Below the pieces are notes generated by a model. The model saw only the letters and a program-made list of their open reading frames with translations. It was not told the DNA's origin and did not search any database. DNA of 64,000 bases from assembly GCA_020725585.1 (NCBI GenBank), contig DYES01000072.1, positions 921 through 64,920 on the forward strand. Reading direction: 5' to 3'. Of this stretch, positions 10,258 through 19,737 are shown in pieces. Source of the stretch: Desulfovirgula sp. (GTDB lineage Bacteria > Bacillota > Desulfotomaculia > Desulfotomaculales > Nap2-2B). How positions within the stretch are numbered: the stretch's first letter is position 1; every line of letters begins with the position of its first letter. Both the position numbers and the translations under genes were made by a program.

Positions 10258-11163
10258 GTGACGGCTTTGATTATTGAGTTGCGTTATCACCTCGCCTCGC
10301 TGGCCGCTGTTTTTTTAGCCCTCGGTTTGGGAATTCTGATCGGAGGAACAATGCTCAAAACCGATGCGCTGATGGAAAGCCGCCGGCAAATTGCCGACCG
10401 TCTGGAAAGACAACTGGAGCAGCTGCGGCGGGATAACGAAGCTACCCAGGCGCGTCTTGATCGTTTTCAGATGGACAACAACATGCAAAGGGACTTTGCC
10501 AGGCAAATTCTTCCCTGCCTGGTGAAAGGACGACTTGCCGGGCATCAAATAGCGGTCATTGAAACTAATAGTTACGGCTTCCCCGACGATTTGATCGCTA
10601 CCCTTCAACTGGCCGGGGCCGAGGTACAGTCAATTACAACGATCATGAGGGGTTTTGACGGTAGTTTAAACAAAGGAGCGCTGGCCGAAAAATTCGGCGG
10701 GAAGATGTTAAGCGAGGCACAGTTAAATATCCGCCTGGCCAGGGAGATTGCCCGCGGCATTATCCAAAACGATAACCGGCGCGTTCTTGACGATCTGATG
10801 GAAGCCAACATGGTCAAAATATCGGGCCGGTACGGGGTGCCTTTAAATGCCGTGGTCCTGATCGGCGGGAGCCAGGAGCGGGAAATGGTGAAGACAGAGT
10901 CGATCGACTTGCCCCTGATTGAATATTTTCTCGCGAAAAAAATACCCGTTTACGGGGTGGAAGAAACGAATGTCCTTTATTCTTACATGAGGGACTACCA
11001 GAAAAAAAGAATCAGTACTGTGGACAACATTGATACTGTCCCCGGTCAGGTTGCCCTGGTGCTGGCTATGTCCGGACGGCAGGGTCACTACGGAATTAAA
11101 TCCACCGCGCAAAAACTCCTCCCCCCTTGTGATGACCCCGGAGGGGGAGACAGTGCCGGTTAA
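10258..11163 (+). CDS. SteB/MctB-like 'copper transporter' family membrane protein (DUF3186)
   Basis: N-terminal 'LRYHLASLAAVFLALGLGILIGG' followed by a coiled coil, as in MctB/SteB. GTG start directly after the steA-like stop. Confidence 0.7.
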   Translation: MTALIIELRYHLASLAAVFLALGLGILIGGTMLKTDALMESRRQIADRLERQLEQLRRDNEATQARLDRFQMDNNMQRDFARQILPCLVKGRLAGHQIAVIETNSYGFPDDLIATLQLAGAEVQSITTIMRGFDGSLNKGALAEKFGGKMLSEAQLNIRLAREIARGIIQNDNRRVLDDLMEANMVKISGRYGVPLNAVVLIGGSQEREMVKTESIDLPLIEYFLAKKIPVYGVEETNVLYSYMRDYQKKRISTVDNIDTVPGQVALVLAMSGRQGHYGIKSTAQKLLPPCDDPGGGDSAG

Positions 11164-11824
11164 GAAAACGGCAATGGCCATCATACCCGCTTTTAATGAA
11201 GAAGAGCGGATTTTTGAGACAGTGCGGGCGGTGTTTTCCATACCGGAAATTGATGGCGTGCTGGTGGTGGATGACGGTTCCACAGACGGCACCGCCGGGG
11301 CCGCTCGGCTGGCCGGGGCGCAGGTTCTCTCTTTGCCCTCCAACCGGGGAAAAGGAGAGGCCCTTAATCAAGGGGTGGCGAAAATTAAGCCCGACGTAGT
11401 TGTGCTCCTGGATGCAGATTTAGGGGGCACCGCTCAAGAGGCCGGGCGTTTGCTCATGCCGGTTTTGGAGGGGGAGGCGGACATGGCCGTCGCCCTTTTT
11501 CCCGGGAGCGCCCGCAAGGCGGGCTTTGGGCTGGTGAGGCGACTGGCCAGGGCAGGAATAAAATTTTATACCGGTCTGGACATGCAATCTCCCCTTTCCG
11601 GGCAGAGAGCGCTGACAAAAGAAGTACTCCGCCGCGTCATCCCCTTTGCCTCCGGCTTTGGCGTGGAGGTAGCTTTGACCATTAAAGCCGCCCGCGCGGG
11701 GTTTCGAATCCTGGAGGTTCCCGTGAATATGGGCCACAAAGAAACAACCCGCGATTTACCCGGCTTTTTGCACCGGGGGAGGCAGTTCTGGCACGTGGCC
11801 AGGACACTCTGGAAGCTGAGTTGA
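11153..11824 (+). CDS. Family 2 glycosyltransferase (polyprenol-phosphate sugar synthase-like)
   Basis: 'AIIPAFNEEERI', 'VVDDGSTDGT', 'LDADL'. GTG 11153 follows GGAGGGGGAG; the ORF-track start at 11030 lies inside the previous gene. Confidence 0.8.
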   Translation: MPVKKTAMAIIPAFNEEERIFETVRAVFSIPEIDGVLVVDDGSTDGTAGAARLAGAQVLSLPSNRGKGEALNQGVAKIKPDVVVLLDADLGGTAQEAGRLLMPVLEGEADMAVALFPGSARKAGFGLVRRLARAGIKFYTGLDMQSPLSGQRALTKEVLRRVIPFASGFGVEVALTIKAARAGFRILEVPVNMGHKETTRDLPGFLHRGRQFWHVARTLWKLS

Positions 11825-11834
11825 GTTCTTTAGG

Positions 11835-12665
11835 GTGGTGGTTAATTTATATTGGGCACATGTTTTCCTGGCCTTTGGGGCGGGGTTTGTGATTACCCGT
11901 TTAATTTTACCCGCCTTGATCGCGCTGATCGCCCGGGCTCAATTTTTGCGCCCCAACTACCGGGGTGATTTGATCCCTACCGGGGCGGGATTAATTTTCT
12001 TTTTGGCGAGCTTTTTTATGGCCGGCATTTACTGCTCCCTTTTTCAGGATGCGTTGGCGGCGCTGGCCGTTTTGTTTGCTGTTGCCGCCTTTACCTGCCT
12101 GGGGCTGGTTGACGACGTCTGGGGGGCGCGGGAAACTTCCGGTCTTTTTGGGCACGGGCAAAGTTTTATCCGGGGTTACTTAACTACCGGCGCCTTAAAA
12201 GCCTTCGGCGGCCTGCTTGCGGCCGGGTTGGTTTCCGTTTTTTTCGGCCCGTGGTGGTTAATCCCGGTCAACGCCTTAATCATCGCGCTTTCTGCCAACG
12301 CCGTCAACCTTTTGGATTTGCGGCCGGGAAGGGCGGGGAAGGGGTTTATTTTGCTTGCTTCAGTTTTTGTTTTGGCGGGTTGGGGCCAGGACAAAACGCT
12401 TTTTTTAATCTTTTTTTTGGGGTGCCTGCTGGCCTATTTGCATGTTGACTTAAAGGCAATAGCAATGATGGGGGACACGGGGTCCAATCCCCTGGGGGCA
12501 ATTTTGGGCGTGAGCGCAATTTGGACGTTGAGCGGGCCTTATCTGCTCGTCTATCTGATTGCCTTGCTCTTTTTTCACCTGCTTACAGAAAAATATTCCT
12601 TGACCGAAATTATTATTAAAAATCGAGTTCTTGACTACCTGGACAGGCTGGGAAGAAAAACGTAA
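11835..12665 (+). CDS. Polytopic membrane protein, MraY/WecA-like (GT4-family phosphosugar transferase)
   Basis: ~9-10 hydrophobic helices, 'GLVDDVWG' and 'NAVNLLDLRPG' loops resembling the polyprenyl-phosphate N-acetylhexosamine-1-P transferase family. Divergent. Confidence 0.55.
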   Translation: MVVNLYWAHVFLAFGAGFVITRLILPALIALIARAQFLRPNYRGDLIPTGAGLIFFLASFFMAGIYCSLFQDALAALAVLFAVAAFTCLGLVDDVWGARETSGLFGHGQSFIRGYLTTGALKAFGGLLAAGLVSVFFGPWWLIPVNALIIALSANAVNLLDLRPGRAGKGFILLASVFVLAGWGQDKTLFLIFFLGCLLAYLHVDLKAIAMMGDTGSNPLGAILGVSAIWTLSGPYLLVYLIALLFFHLLTEKYSLTEIIIKNRVLDYLDRLGRKT

Positions 12666-12707
12666 CCTATGATGTAAGTGTTCAAGGGGATTTAAAGGAG
12701 GGCGCGG

Positions 12708-13007
12708 ATGGTCAACGAACGGCGAATTTTGGATGAATTTTTGCAGCTGGCGCGGATAACCAGCACGAGCGGTAAAGAGAGGCCGCTGGCCGCCGCGCGC
12801 AACCTTCACTTTCCCGCCAGGCTGGTCAGCAGCGGCGGAGGCAGCGACGCCAATATTTTTAACAACCTGGGCATTGCCTGCGCCAATCTGGGCATCGGCA
12901 TGAAAAAAGTGCATACCACGGAAGAGTTTATAAAAGTAGAGGATCTCGTGAACATCGCGAGGCTTCTTTTGGAGATTATCCGTCTGGCCAAAGAGGTTGA
13001 CTCATGA
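12708..13007 (+). pseudogene. In-frame internally deleted M20-family (YqjE/tripeptidase-like) peptidase: N-terminal ~28 aa fused to C-terminal ~65 aa
   Basis: 'NERRILDEFLQLARITSTSGKE' matches an M20 N-terminus. 'GGGSDANIFNNLGIACANLGIGMKKVHTTEEFIKVEDLVNIARLLLEII' matches an M20 C-terminus. The ~270-aa catalytic/dimerisation core is missing. Confidence 0.65.
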
Positions 13008-14080
13008 TCAGGATCCGGGCAGGGAAGGTTGTGGGGGTAACGGCGGCCCGGCCCGGGGTAAGCGAACTGGAAGTGATCGTCGAAGGCAAACGAGAGCGGG
13101 CGGTTAACTACGATGATCTGACTGGGCCGGTGCGGCCGGGGGACGAGGTTTTCCTAAACACCACCGCCGTTTATAAAAGGCTGGGCACGGGCGGCGTTCA
13201 TTTTGTAATGGCCAACTTAAACGCGCCGCAAAAAGACGTTTTTGAAGCAGGCCACATCATGAAAGTGCGTTATACCCCGTCGCAGGTGAAAGTGCTGGCC
13301 GTTGAGGAAGCAGACCACCCCCGGAATAACCTTTTTCGCGCCGCCAAAACTCTGGCCAAAACGCCCGTCATCGTAGCCTCTTTGCACAGTGTTCTGGGAC
13401 CGGCGGCGGCAGTGATCCACAAGCTTACCGGCGGAAAAGCCCGTCTGGTTTACCTGATGACTGACGGAGGAGCGTTGCCTATCTGTTTAAGTAGACTGGT
13501 CGGGGAGTTAAAGCAAAAAGGATTGCTCGCGGCCACTGTCACCTGCGGTCACGCCTTCGGCGGGGACTACGAAGCGGTCAATATCTACAGCGGCCTCTTA
13601 GCGGCGAAAGGAGCGGCCGGGGCGGACATTATCGTTGCGGCCACGGGTCCGGGTGTTGTCGGAACGGCCCACGAATTCGGGCATACCGCCGTGGAGCAGG
13701 GAGAACTCGTCAACGCCGTGAACATTTTGGGAGGCTCCCCGGTAGCTGTACCCCGCCTGAGTTTTGCCGACCCGCGGGAGCGCCACCGGGGCTTAAGCCA
13801 CCACACGCGCACTGCACTGGGTAAAATTGCCTTGACGAAATGCACGGTAACGCTGCCGGAAATGGCCCCCGAAAAAAAAGCCTACGTAGAGAAGCAACTT
13901 GAACAGAGCGGGATTTCTGCCCGGCACCGGATTGTTTATCTAGAGGCTTCGCTAACTTTTGAGGCGGTAAAAGCATACGCATTGGAAGTTACAACGATGG
14001 GCAGAAGGATCGAAGAGGATCCTGAATTCTTTCTAGCCGCTGGGGCGGCGGGCATTTACGCCTGCAGGCGGGTAAAGTAG
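13004..14080 (+). CDS. DUF3866-family protein (function unknown)
   Basis: N-terminus 'IRIRAGKVVGV...ELEVIVEGKRERAVNYDDLTGPVRPGDEVFLNTTAV' is typical of the Firmicute DUF3866 family; ~360 aa. Confidence 0.6.
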   Translation: MIRIRAGKVVGVTAARPGVSELEVIVEGKRERAVNYDDLTGPVRPGDEVFLNTTAVYKRLGTGGVHFVMANLNAPQKDVFEAGHIMKVRYTPSQVKVLAVEEADHPRNNLFRAAKTLAKTPVIVASLHSVLGPAAAVIHKLTGGKARLVYLMTDGGALPICLSRLVGELKQKGLLAATVTCGHAFGGDYEAVNIYSGLLAAKGAAGADIIVAATGPGVVGTAHEFGHTAVEQGELVNAVNILGGSPVAVPRLSFADPRERHRGLSHHTRTALGKIALTKCTVTLPEMAPEKKAYVEKQLEQSGISARHRIVYLEASLTFEAVKAYALEVTTMGRRIEEDPEFFLAAGAAGIYACRRVK

Positions 14081-14081
14081 G

Positions 14082-14756
14082 GTGAATTTGTTGGTTCCGG
14101 TGGTTTTTCTTGGCGCCGATGCCAGCGGGGCGGCCCGTGCCGCCGGCAGCGGTCAAATTGTCATGGTTGTGGATGTTGTAGACATGTCCACCACTTTGGA
14201 AGCGGCTCTGGATGAGGGCGCTCTGGCCGTATACGGGGCCGCTCCGGACGATGCCCGCCCTCCGGTGCCCGTTGATCCGGCCCAAGTAGGGCGACTGGCC
14301 GGAAAAAAAGCCTGCACCGGCGGCTCCGGGGTAATTATAATTGCCGAACCGCGCACGGGTTCCGACCGGGAGAGGCTCTCCCGGGTGCAGAAAGTGCTCC
14401 GGGGGATCAGGGAAAGCGGAGCCAGGCTAGAAGGCGTTTTTCCCAATTTGGGTGCGGAAACCGTAACCCTGGCCGATTTCCGAAAGCGGGTGGTGGTGGC
14501 CGTATCTTACGCGGGCGGGGTTGCCTTCGATGCCGCATTGACTGCCGGCGCCCCGGCTGTTTTGACAGGAACCGTGGCCCGGACAAGAAAAAAGAAGGGT
14601 CGTGCTTCGGCCCTTTCGGCGGCAAACAGAGCCTTCGCGGCGGCCCGCCGGTGGCAAAGAGACGTAACTGTTGTCGCTGCCAGCGCCAGTTCCTTAGAGG
14701 ATCTTCTGGCCGCGGAGTATATTTTTAAATTGCTTTTGGATAAGATCAGGATTTAG
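14082..14756 (+). CDS. Hypothetical protein, distant 2-phosphosulfolactate phosphatase (ComB)-like
   Basis: 'VMVVDVVDMSTTLEAALDEGA' and C-terminal 'SLEDLLAAEYIFKLL' resemble the ComB-family 'VVIDVLRATTT...' and 'sLEDtlcAG' motifs. GTG start 1 nt after the DUF3866 stop. Confidence 0.4.
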   Translation: MNLLVPVVFLGADASGAARAAGSGQIVMVVDVVDMSTTLEAALDEGALAVYGAAPDDARPPVPVDPAQVGRLAGKKACTGGSGVIIIAEPRTGSDRERLSRVQKVLRGIRESGARLEGVFPNLGAETVTLADFRKRVVVAVSYAGGVAFDAALTAGAPAVLTGTVARTRKKKGRASALSAANRAFAAARRWQRDVTVVAASASSLEDLLAAEYIFKLLLDKIRI

Positions 14757-14911
14757 GGTAAAAAATTAAGCCGTAAATATTTTACTTCCTGGTTATTGCA
14801 TACTTCAGCAAGCCGTCGCTAATTCTTAGTTGTCCCGGGGTCGGGTTATAATTTACTCTCCGTCGCCATAAAGATAAAAGTGGGACAGGTTTGGGCGGGG
14901 AGGAAGCGGGC

Positions 14912-15568
14912 GTGTGGGGGGTCTGGAAAAGCTTTTGGACGTGGAAGCAAAACTGGCTTTGCTACTTAGTTGTTTTGATTTTTTTTCTTTTGGGCGCCGG
15001 GCTCGGGATGTTTGCCGCAAACAATCTCTCCCCGGAACAGCTCGCTGAAATACATGGTTACCTGGATGCTTTCCTAATCCAAATGGAACGCTTCCAGATC
15101 GACTCCACCAAAGCGGCACGTTCAATTCTGCATGAAAATATAATCGTGATCAGCGTTATTTATTTTTTAGGTTTAACTTTTGTGGGCATCCCTTTTATTC
15201 TGGCTTTAATTCTGGTACGCGGCTTTATTTTAGGTTTTGCGGTTTCTTGCCTGAGCAAAGCCATGTCCTGGCCGGGATTTATCCTGGCGGTTGTTTCTCT
15301 TTTTCCCCATAACTTTATCTACCTGCCCGCCCTGGTTGTGGGCGGGGTGACGGCTATTTCTTTTGCTTTGTTTACTTTCAAACTCCACGGGGAGTACAGG
15401 GCCAGGTTATGGAGCTGCGTGCTGGGCTATACCGCAGTGATGCTGATGGTAATGGCTGTTACCCTGGGAGCGGGTTTAATTGAAGCATATTTTTCACCCT
15501 GGCTGACCCGGCTGGCCGCCGGGTTTATCCAGACGTCCTTTTTTAGCGAATTAATCAGGTCAAATTAA
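14912..15568 (+). CDS. spoIIM: Stage II sporulation protein M
   Basis: Five-helix membrane protein with 'LFPHNFIYLPAL'. GTG 14912 lies 5 nt after GGGGAGGAAG (ORF-track start 14891). Confidence 0.8.
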   Translation: MWGVWKSFWTWKQNWLCYLVVLIFFLLGAGLGMFAANNLSPEQLAEIHGYLDAFLIQMERFQIDSTKAARSILHENIIVISVIYFLGLTFVGIPFILALILVRGFILGFAVSCLSKAMSWPGFILAVVSLFPHNFIYLPALVVGGVTAISFALFTFKLHGEYRARLWSCVLGYTAVMLMVMAVTLGAGLIEAYFSPWLTRLAAGFIQTSFFSELIRSN

Positions 15569-15631
15569 AAGGAAAAATTTGAGCTTTATAGAATGTAAAC
15601 AACAAACAAATTCAAAAGAGGGGGTCAAGCC

Positions 15632-16741
15632 GTGCCTGCGGACGTGTTTTTTGCGGACATGCGCGCCCGGCACAAAGAAAGCCTTTTAGACAAAGTGGAT
15701 AAATTATTTGAGAAAGCCGGTATGAAGGAGTTAATTGCGCCCGGCGATCTGGTTGCTCTTAAAGTCCACTTCGGCGAGCGTGGCAACACCGGTTACATCC
15801 GGCCGCAATTTGTGCGCAGGCTGGTGAATCAGGTGAAAAGCCTGGGCGGCAAGCCCTTTCTCACCGATGCCAATACTCTTTACGTGGGCAGCCGGGCCAA
15901 CGCCGTGGACCATTTGCAGACGGCCATCGAGAACGGCTTTACCTACGCCGTCGTGGATGCTCCGTTGATCATTGCCGACGGCCTGGTGGGCAAAGATTAT
16001 GTGCATGTGCCGGTGCAGTTAAAACACTTCGGAGAAGTAAAAATCAGCAGCGCCATTTATCACGCCGACGCCTTGCTCGTCATCAGCCATTTTAAGGGAC
16101 ACGAGCTGGTCGGCTTCGGCGGCGCTATAAAAAATATCGGGATGGGCTCCGGCTCCCGGGGCGGAAAACAAATGATGCATTCCGATGTGCTCCCGAAAGT
16201 GAAAGAAGAAAAATGCCTTGGCTGCGGAAAGTGCATCCAGTGGTGCCCGGCACAAGCAATTACAGTTGACCGGGAAAAACGCAAGGCTCAAATTAATGCT
16301 CAAAAATGTATCGGTTGCGGTGAATGCACCATTACCTGTCCGCACAGGGCGATTGCGATCAGCTGGAAGACAGAACCCCACGTGGCTCAGGAAAAAATTG
16401 TGGAATACAGTGTAGGCGTATTGAAAAACAAACAAAGTAAAGCAGGATTTTTCAACTTTATTATGAATGTTTCCCCGGACTGCGATTGCGCGGGCTGGAC
16501 GGACGCTTCCATTGTAAGGGATATAGGAATTCTTGCCTCTTTAGATCCCGTCGCCCTGGATCAGGCCAGCGTTGATCTGGTGAACAAAGAAAGAGGTCTT
16601 CCGGAATCCAGGCTGGCCGGCTGCGAAGGCGCGGTGGACAAGTTCGGCGCCATCTGGCCCAACGCCAACTGGGAGCGTCAGCTGGCCTATGCGCAGGAAG
16701 TGGGGCTGGGAACGCGATCTTATAACTTAATTAAAGTTTAA
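15632..16741 (+). CDS. DUF362 domain protein with two 4Fe-4S ferredoxin motifs
   Basis: 'CLGCGKCIQWCP' and 'CIGCGECTITCP' embedded in a DUF362-type scaffold ('VALKVHFGERGNTGYIRPQFV'). Confidence 0.8.
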   Translation: MPADVFFADMRARHKESLLDKVDKLFEKAGMKELIAPGDLVALKVHFGERGNTGYIRPQFVRRLVNQVKSLGGKPFLTDANTLYVGSRANAVDHLQTAIENGFTYAVVDAPLIIADGLVGKDYVHVPVQLKHFGEVKISSAIYHADALLVISHFKGHELVGFGGAIKNIGMGSGSRGGKQMMHSDVLPKVKEEKCLGCGKCIQWCPAQAITVDREKRKAQINAQKCIGCGECTITCPHRAIAISWKTEPHVAQEKIVEYSVGVLKNKQSKAGFFNFIMNVSPDCDCAGWTDASIVRDIGILASLDPVALDQASVDLVNKERGLPESRLAGCEGAVDKFGAIWPNANWERQLAYAQEVGLGTRSYNLIKV

Positions 16742-16856
16742 TTCGATTCATCTATAACTAAAAAACTGCATTTCATGATTGGTTGGCTTTAACGAAACGG
16801 GAAAGGTAATCAGGCTGAGGTTGGATACTATTTTACGGGGGAGGTGGCGTAACCCC

Positions 16857-17750
16857 ATGGAAAGGCTGGTCGATAGTTTCCTTGGTTACTTGCTCCTGGA
16901 GCGGGGGCTGGCTGAAAATACTCTGGTTTCTTATAAGCTGGACCTCATTGACTTTCATGCCTTTTGTCGGCAGGAAGGTTTCGATCCCCTGTCTTTGACG
17001 GCCCGGCAGGCAATTATCCTCTACCTTTTAAAACTTAAACGGGAAGGCAAGGCGCCGGCGACAGTTTCCCGCCGCCTGGCTGCGTTAAGGACTTTTTATC
17101 GTTTTCTCTTAAACGAGGGGATGTTGCACCAGGACCCCACAAACAACCTGGAATCGCCCCGGATTATGGAAAGGCTGCCTCAGGTGCTGAGCGTTTCCGA
17201 GGTGGAAAGTCTGCTCAACCAGCCCCGGGTAACCGATCCGGCCGGTCTGCGGGATAAAGCCATGCTTGAGCTGCTTTATGCCACCGGCATCAGGGTATCG
17301 GAACTCATTTCGCTCGATCTCGACCAGGTAAATCTCAAGCACGGATTCATTCGCTGTCTGGGAAAGGGGTCCAAGGAGCGCATAATTCCCTTGGGGAGCG
17401 TGGCCAGCCATTACGTTTCTGAATATCTTGTTCGCGCTAGAGCGAAACTAACCAGGGGCAAGCTCACCTCGGCTTTGTTTGTTAACCGGCGGGGCCGCCG
17501 GCTGACTCGCCAGGGTTTCTGGAAAATTATTAAAAAGTACGCGTCCGCGGCCAGAATAAAAAAGGACATTCACCCTCATACCCTGCGTCATTCCTTTGCT
17601 ACGCATATGCTGGAGAACGGAGCGGATTTACGTTCCGTTCAGGAGCTGTTGGGGCACGCCGATATCAGCACCACGCAGATTTACACGCACCTGACCAGGG
17701 CGCGGTTAAAAGAAGTGTACGACCAGGCGCACCCCCGGGCGAATTATTAA
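16857..17750 (+). CDS. xerD: Tyrosine recombinase XerD
   Basis: 'LVDSFLGYLLLERGLAENTLVSYKLDL' and catalytic 'HTLRHSFATHMLENGADLRSVQELLGHADISTTQIYTH'. ATG 16857 follows GGGGGAGGTGG. Confidence 0.9.
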   Translation: MERLVDSFLGYLLLERGLAENTLVSYKLDLIDFHAFCRQEGFDPLSLTARQAIILYLLKLKREGKAPATVSRRLAALRTFYRFLLNEGMLHQDPTNNLESPRIMERLPQVLSVSEVESLLNQPRVTDPAGLRDKAMLELLYATGIRVSELISLDLDQVNLKHGFIRCLGKGSKERIIPLGSVASHYVSEYLVRARAKLTRGKLTSALFVNRRGRRLTRQGFWKIIKKYASAARIKKDIHPHTLRHSFATHMLENGADLRSVQELLGHADISTTQIYTHLTRARLKEVYDQAHPRANY

Positions 17751-17924
17751 GTAAGTAAGATGCATGAGGCACAAAGTACAAAGCATAAAAACACAACGAG
17801 GTGCTGTACCTGAGCTTATTTAAAAGAGGGTGCAAAGGAAGCAAAGGCGGGGAAGGGCAAAAGAATAGCTGGCGAAATTATGCTTTAAATTTCAAAACAT
17901 TGATGGGGGAGGAAGCTTTTTTCG

Positions 17925-19109
17925 TTGCCGGACAACGCGCAAGTCAACCGGATTATTTTAATCGTCTTAGACGGCGTTGGCATAGGCGCCTTGCCTGACG
18001 CCGATCAATACGGTGATGCGGGAAGCAATACACTCGTGAATACGGCGCGGGCTGTAGGAGGGTTAAGTTTACCCCACCTGGCCAGGCTGGGCCTGGGGAA
18101 TATTACCCAAATTCCTGGTGTTCCTGCGGCAGCCGAGCCGGCAGGCAGTTTTGGGAAAATGGCGGAGCGTTCCCCGGGAAAAGACACGACCACCGGCCAC
18201 TGGGAAATCGCCGGCCTTGTTTTGGACAAGCCCTTTCCAGTTTATCCAAACGGCTTTCCCGAAGAATTAATAGAGTTTTTCGAAGAGCAAATTGGCAGGC
18301 GCGTGCTCGGGAATAAAGTTGCTTCCGGAACGGAAATCATTGAGGAACTTGGTGCTGAACACATGCGCACAGGTTATCCGATTGTTTACACCTCAGCGGA
18401 CAGCGTTTTTCAGATTGCCGCCCACGAAGAAATCATCCCCGTTCAGGAACTTTACCGCATCTGCCAAATTGCCCGCAAAATTTTAAGCGGCAAACACGCT
18501 GTAGCGCGCGTCATCGCCCGACCCTTTATCGGACGGCCGGGCGCGTTTATCCGCACGGCTAGAAGACATGATTTTTCTTTAGCGCCCCCCAAACCCACCA
18601 TTTTAGACGCGCTTTGCGAGAATGGCTTTGCCGTGCTGGCGGTGGGAAAAATTGAAGATATTTTTGCCGGCCGGGGGATCACCAGAACTGTGCACACGAA
18701 GGACAATATGGACGGAGTAAACAGGACCCTGGAATTCATGCGCGGGGGCGAACGAGGGCTCATCTTCGCCAACTTAGTAGACTTTGATATGGTCTACGGC
18801 CACCGCAACAACGCGCCGGGGTACGCCGAGGCGCTTGCCGCCTTCGATCGCCGCCTCCCGGAGATAATGAACGCCCTGCGCTCTGACGATATTTTAATTG
18901 TTACCGCCGATCACGGCTGCGATCCCACAACTCCCAGCACAGACCACAGCCGGGAATACGTTCCGGTTTTAGTCTACGGCCACAAGGTGCGCCCGGGGGT
19001 GAACCTGGGGATTAGACAAACCTTTGCCGACATAGCCGCTACTGTGGCCGATCTTTTTCACCTGGACTTTAGATCACCCGGAACAAGTTTTGCCGGCGAA
19101 ATTTTTTAA
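17925..19109 (+). CDS. deoB: Phosphopentomutase
   Basis: Full-length match to the DeoB/Drm family ('[12 protein letters not shown]...', 'TADHGCDPT'). TTG start after GGGGGAGGAAG. xerD-deoB linkage as in Bacillus. Confidence 0.9.
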   Translation: MPDNAQVNRIILIVLDGVGIGALPDADQYGDAGSNTLVNTARAVGGLSLPHLARLGLGNITQIPGVPAAAEPAGSFGKMAERSPGKDTTTGHWEIAGLVLDKPFPVYPNGFPEELIEFFEEQIGRRVLGNKVASGTEIIEELGAEHMRTGYPIVYTSADSVFQIAAHEEIIPVQELYRICQIARKILSGKHAVARVIARPFIGRPGAFIRTARRHDFSLAPPKPTILDALCENGFAVLAVGKIEDIFAGRGITRTVHTKDNMDGVNRTLEFMRGGERGLIFANLVDFDMVYGHRNNAPGYAEALAAFDRRLPEIMNALRSDDILIVTADHGCDPTTPSTDHSREYVPVLVYGHKVRPGVNLGIRQTFADIAATVADLFHLDFRSPGTSFAGEIF

Positions 19110-19163
19110 AAACAGGACTGGCGAAAAAATATAAGCCTGAATAAACAAAAAGTTGAGGGGTAT

Positions 19164-19709
19164 ATGAAGAACATTGTTTTAATTGGCTTTATGGGCACGG
19201 GAAAAACGGCCGTGGGCAGGCGTTTGGCCAGCCGTTTGGGCCGGAAATTTATCGATACGGATGCTGAAATAGAGCGGGTGACGGGGAAGACCATCCCCCA
19301 GATATTTGCCCAGGACGGCGAGTTAAGATTTCGTTCCGAGGAGAGGCTGGTGATTCAAAAGCTTTCCCGCCAGGAAGGAATGGTGATCGCCACGGGCGGG
19401 GGTGCTGTTTTGAACCCCGAAAACATGGCCGATTTAAAACGAAACGGGATAACGATCTGCCTTACCGCTGAGCCGGAAATAATCTACCAGCGGGTCAGGG
19501 GCAAAAAGCACAGGCCGCTGCTGAATAAAAAAGGAGATCTCTTGGGGCAAATAAAAGAACTCTTGGACAGGAGAAAACCCTTTTATCAGGCGGCCGATTA
19601 TACAGTGGACACAAGTTATAAGACGCCGGAAAAAGTAGTGGACGAGATCATTGCTTATTTGACAGCAGGTAATCTAAAGAACGGATGGGAACCAGACTCA
19701 AACCTCTAG
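19164..19709 (+). CDS. aroK: Shikimate kinase
   Basis: P-loop 'GFMGTGKT', 'FRSEE', 'ATGGG' motifs. Confidence 0.92.
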   Translation: MKNIVLIGFMGTGKTAVGRRLASRLGRKFIDTDAEIERVTGKTIPQIFAQDGELRFRSEERLVIQKLSRQEGMVIATGGGAVLNPENMADLKRNGITICLTAEPEIIYQRVRGKKHRPLLNKKGDLLGQIKELLDRRKPFYQAADYTVDTSYKTPEKVVDEIIAYLTAGNLKNGWEPDSNL

Positions 19710-19737
19710 TAAATTAAAAAGTAAAGCAGGGAAGAAA

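Noticed and set aside
14780-14830. Possible sigma-E promoter for spoIIM (AAATATT ... CATACTTC)
   Set aside because: The -10-like CATAC is present, but the spacer to the -35-like element is ~17 nt instead of ~14 and the -35 is poor. This is too weak to call.
16857-17750. Tyrosine recombinase as a possible integrase marking a mobile element
   Set aside because: The sequence and conserved spoIIM-xerD-deoB context identify it as housekeeping XerD. There are no flanking att repeats, excisionase or cargo genes.
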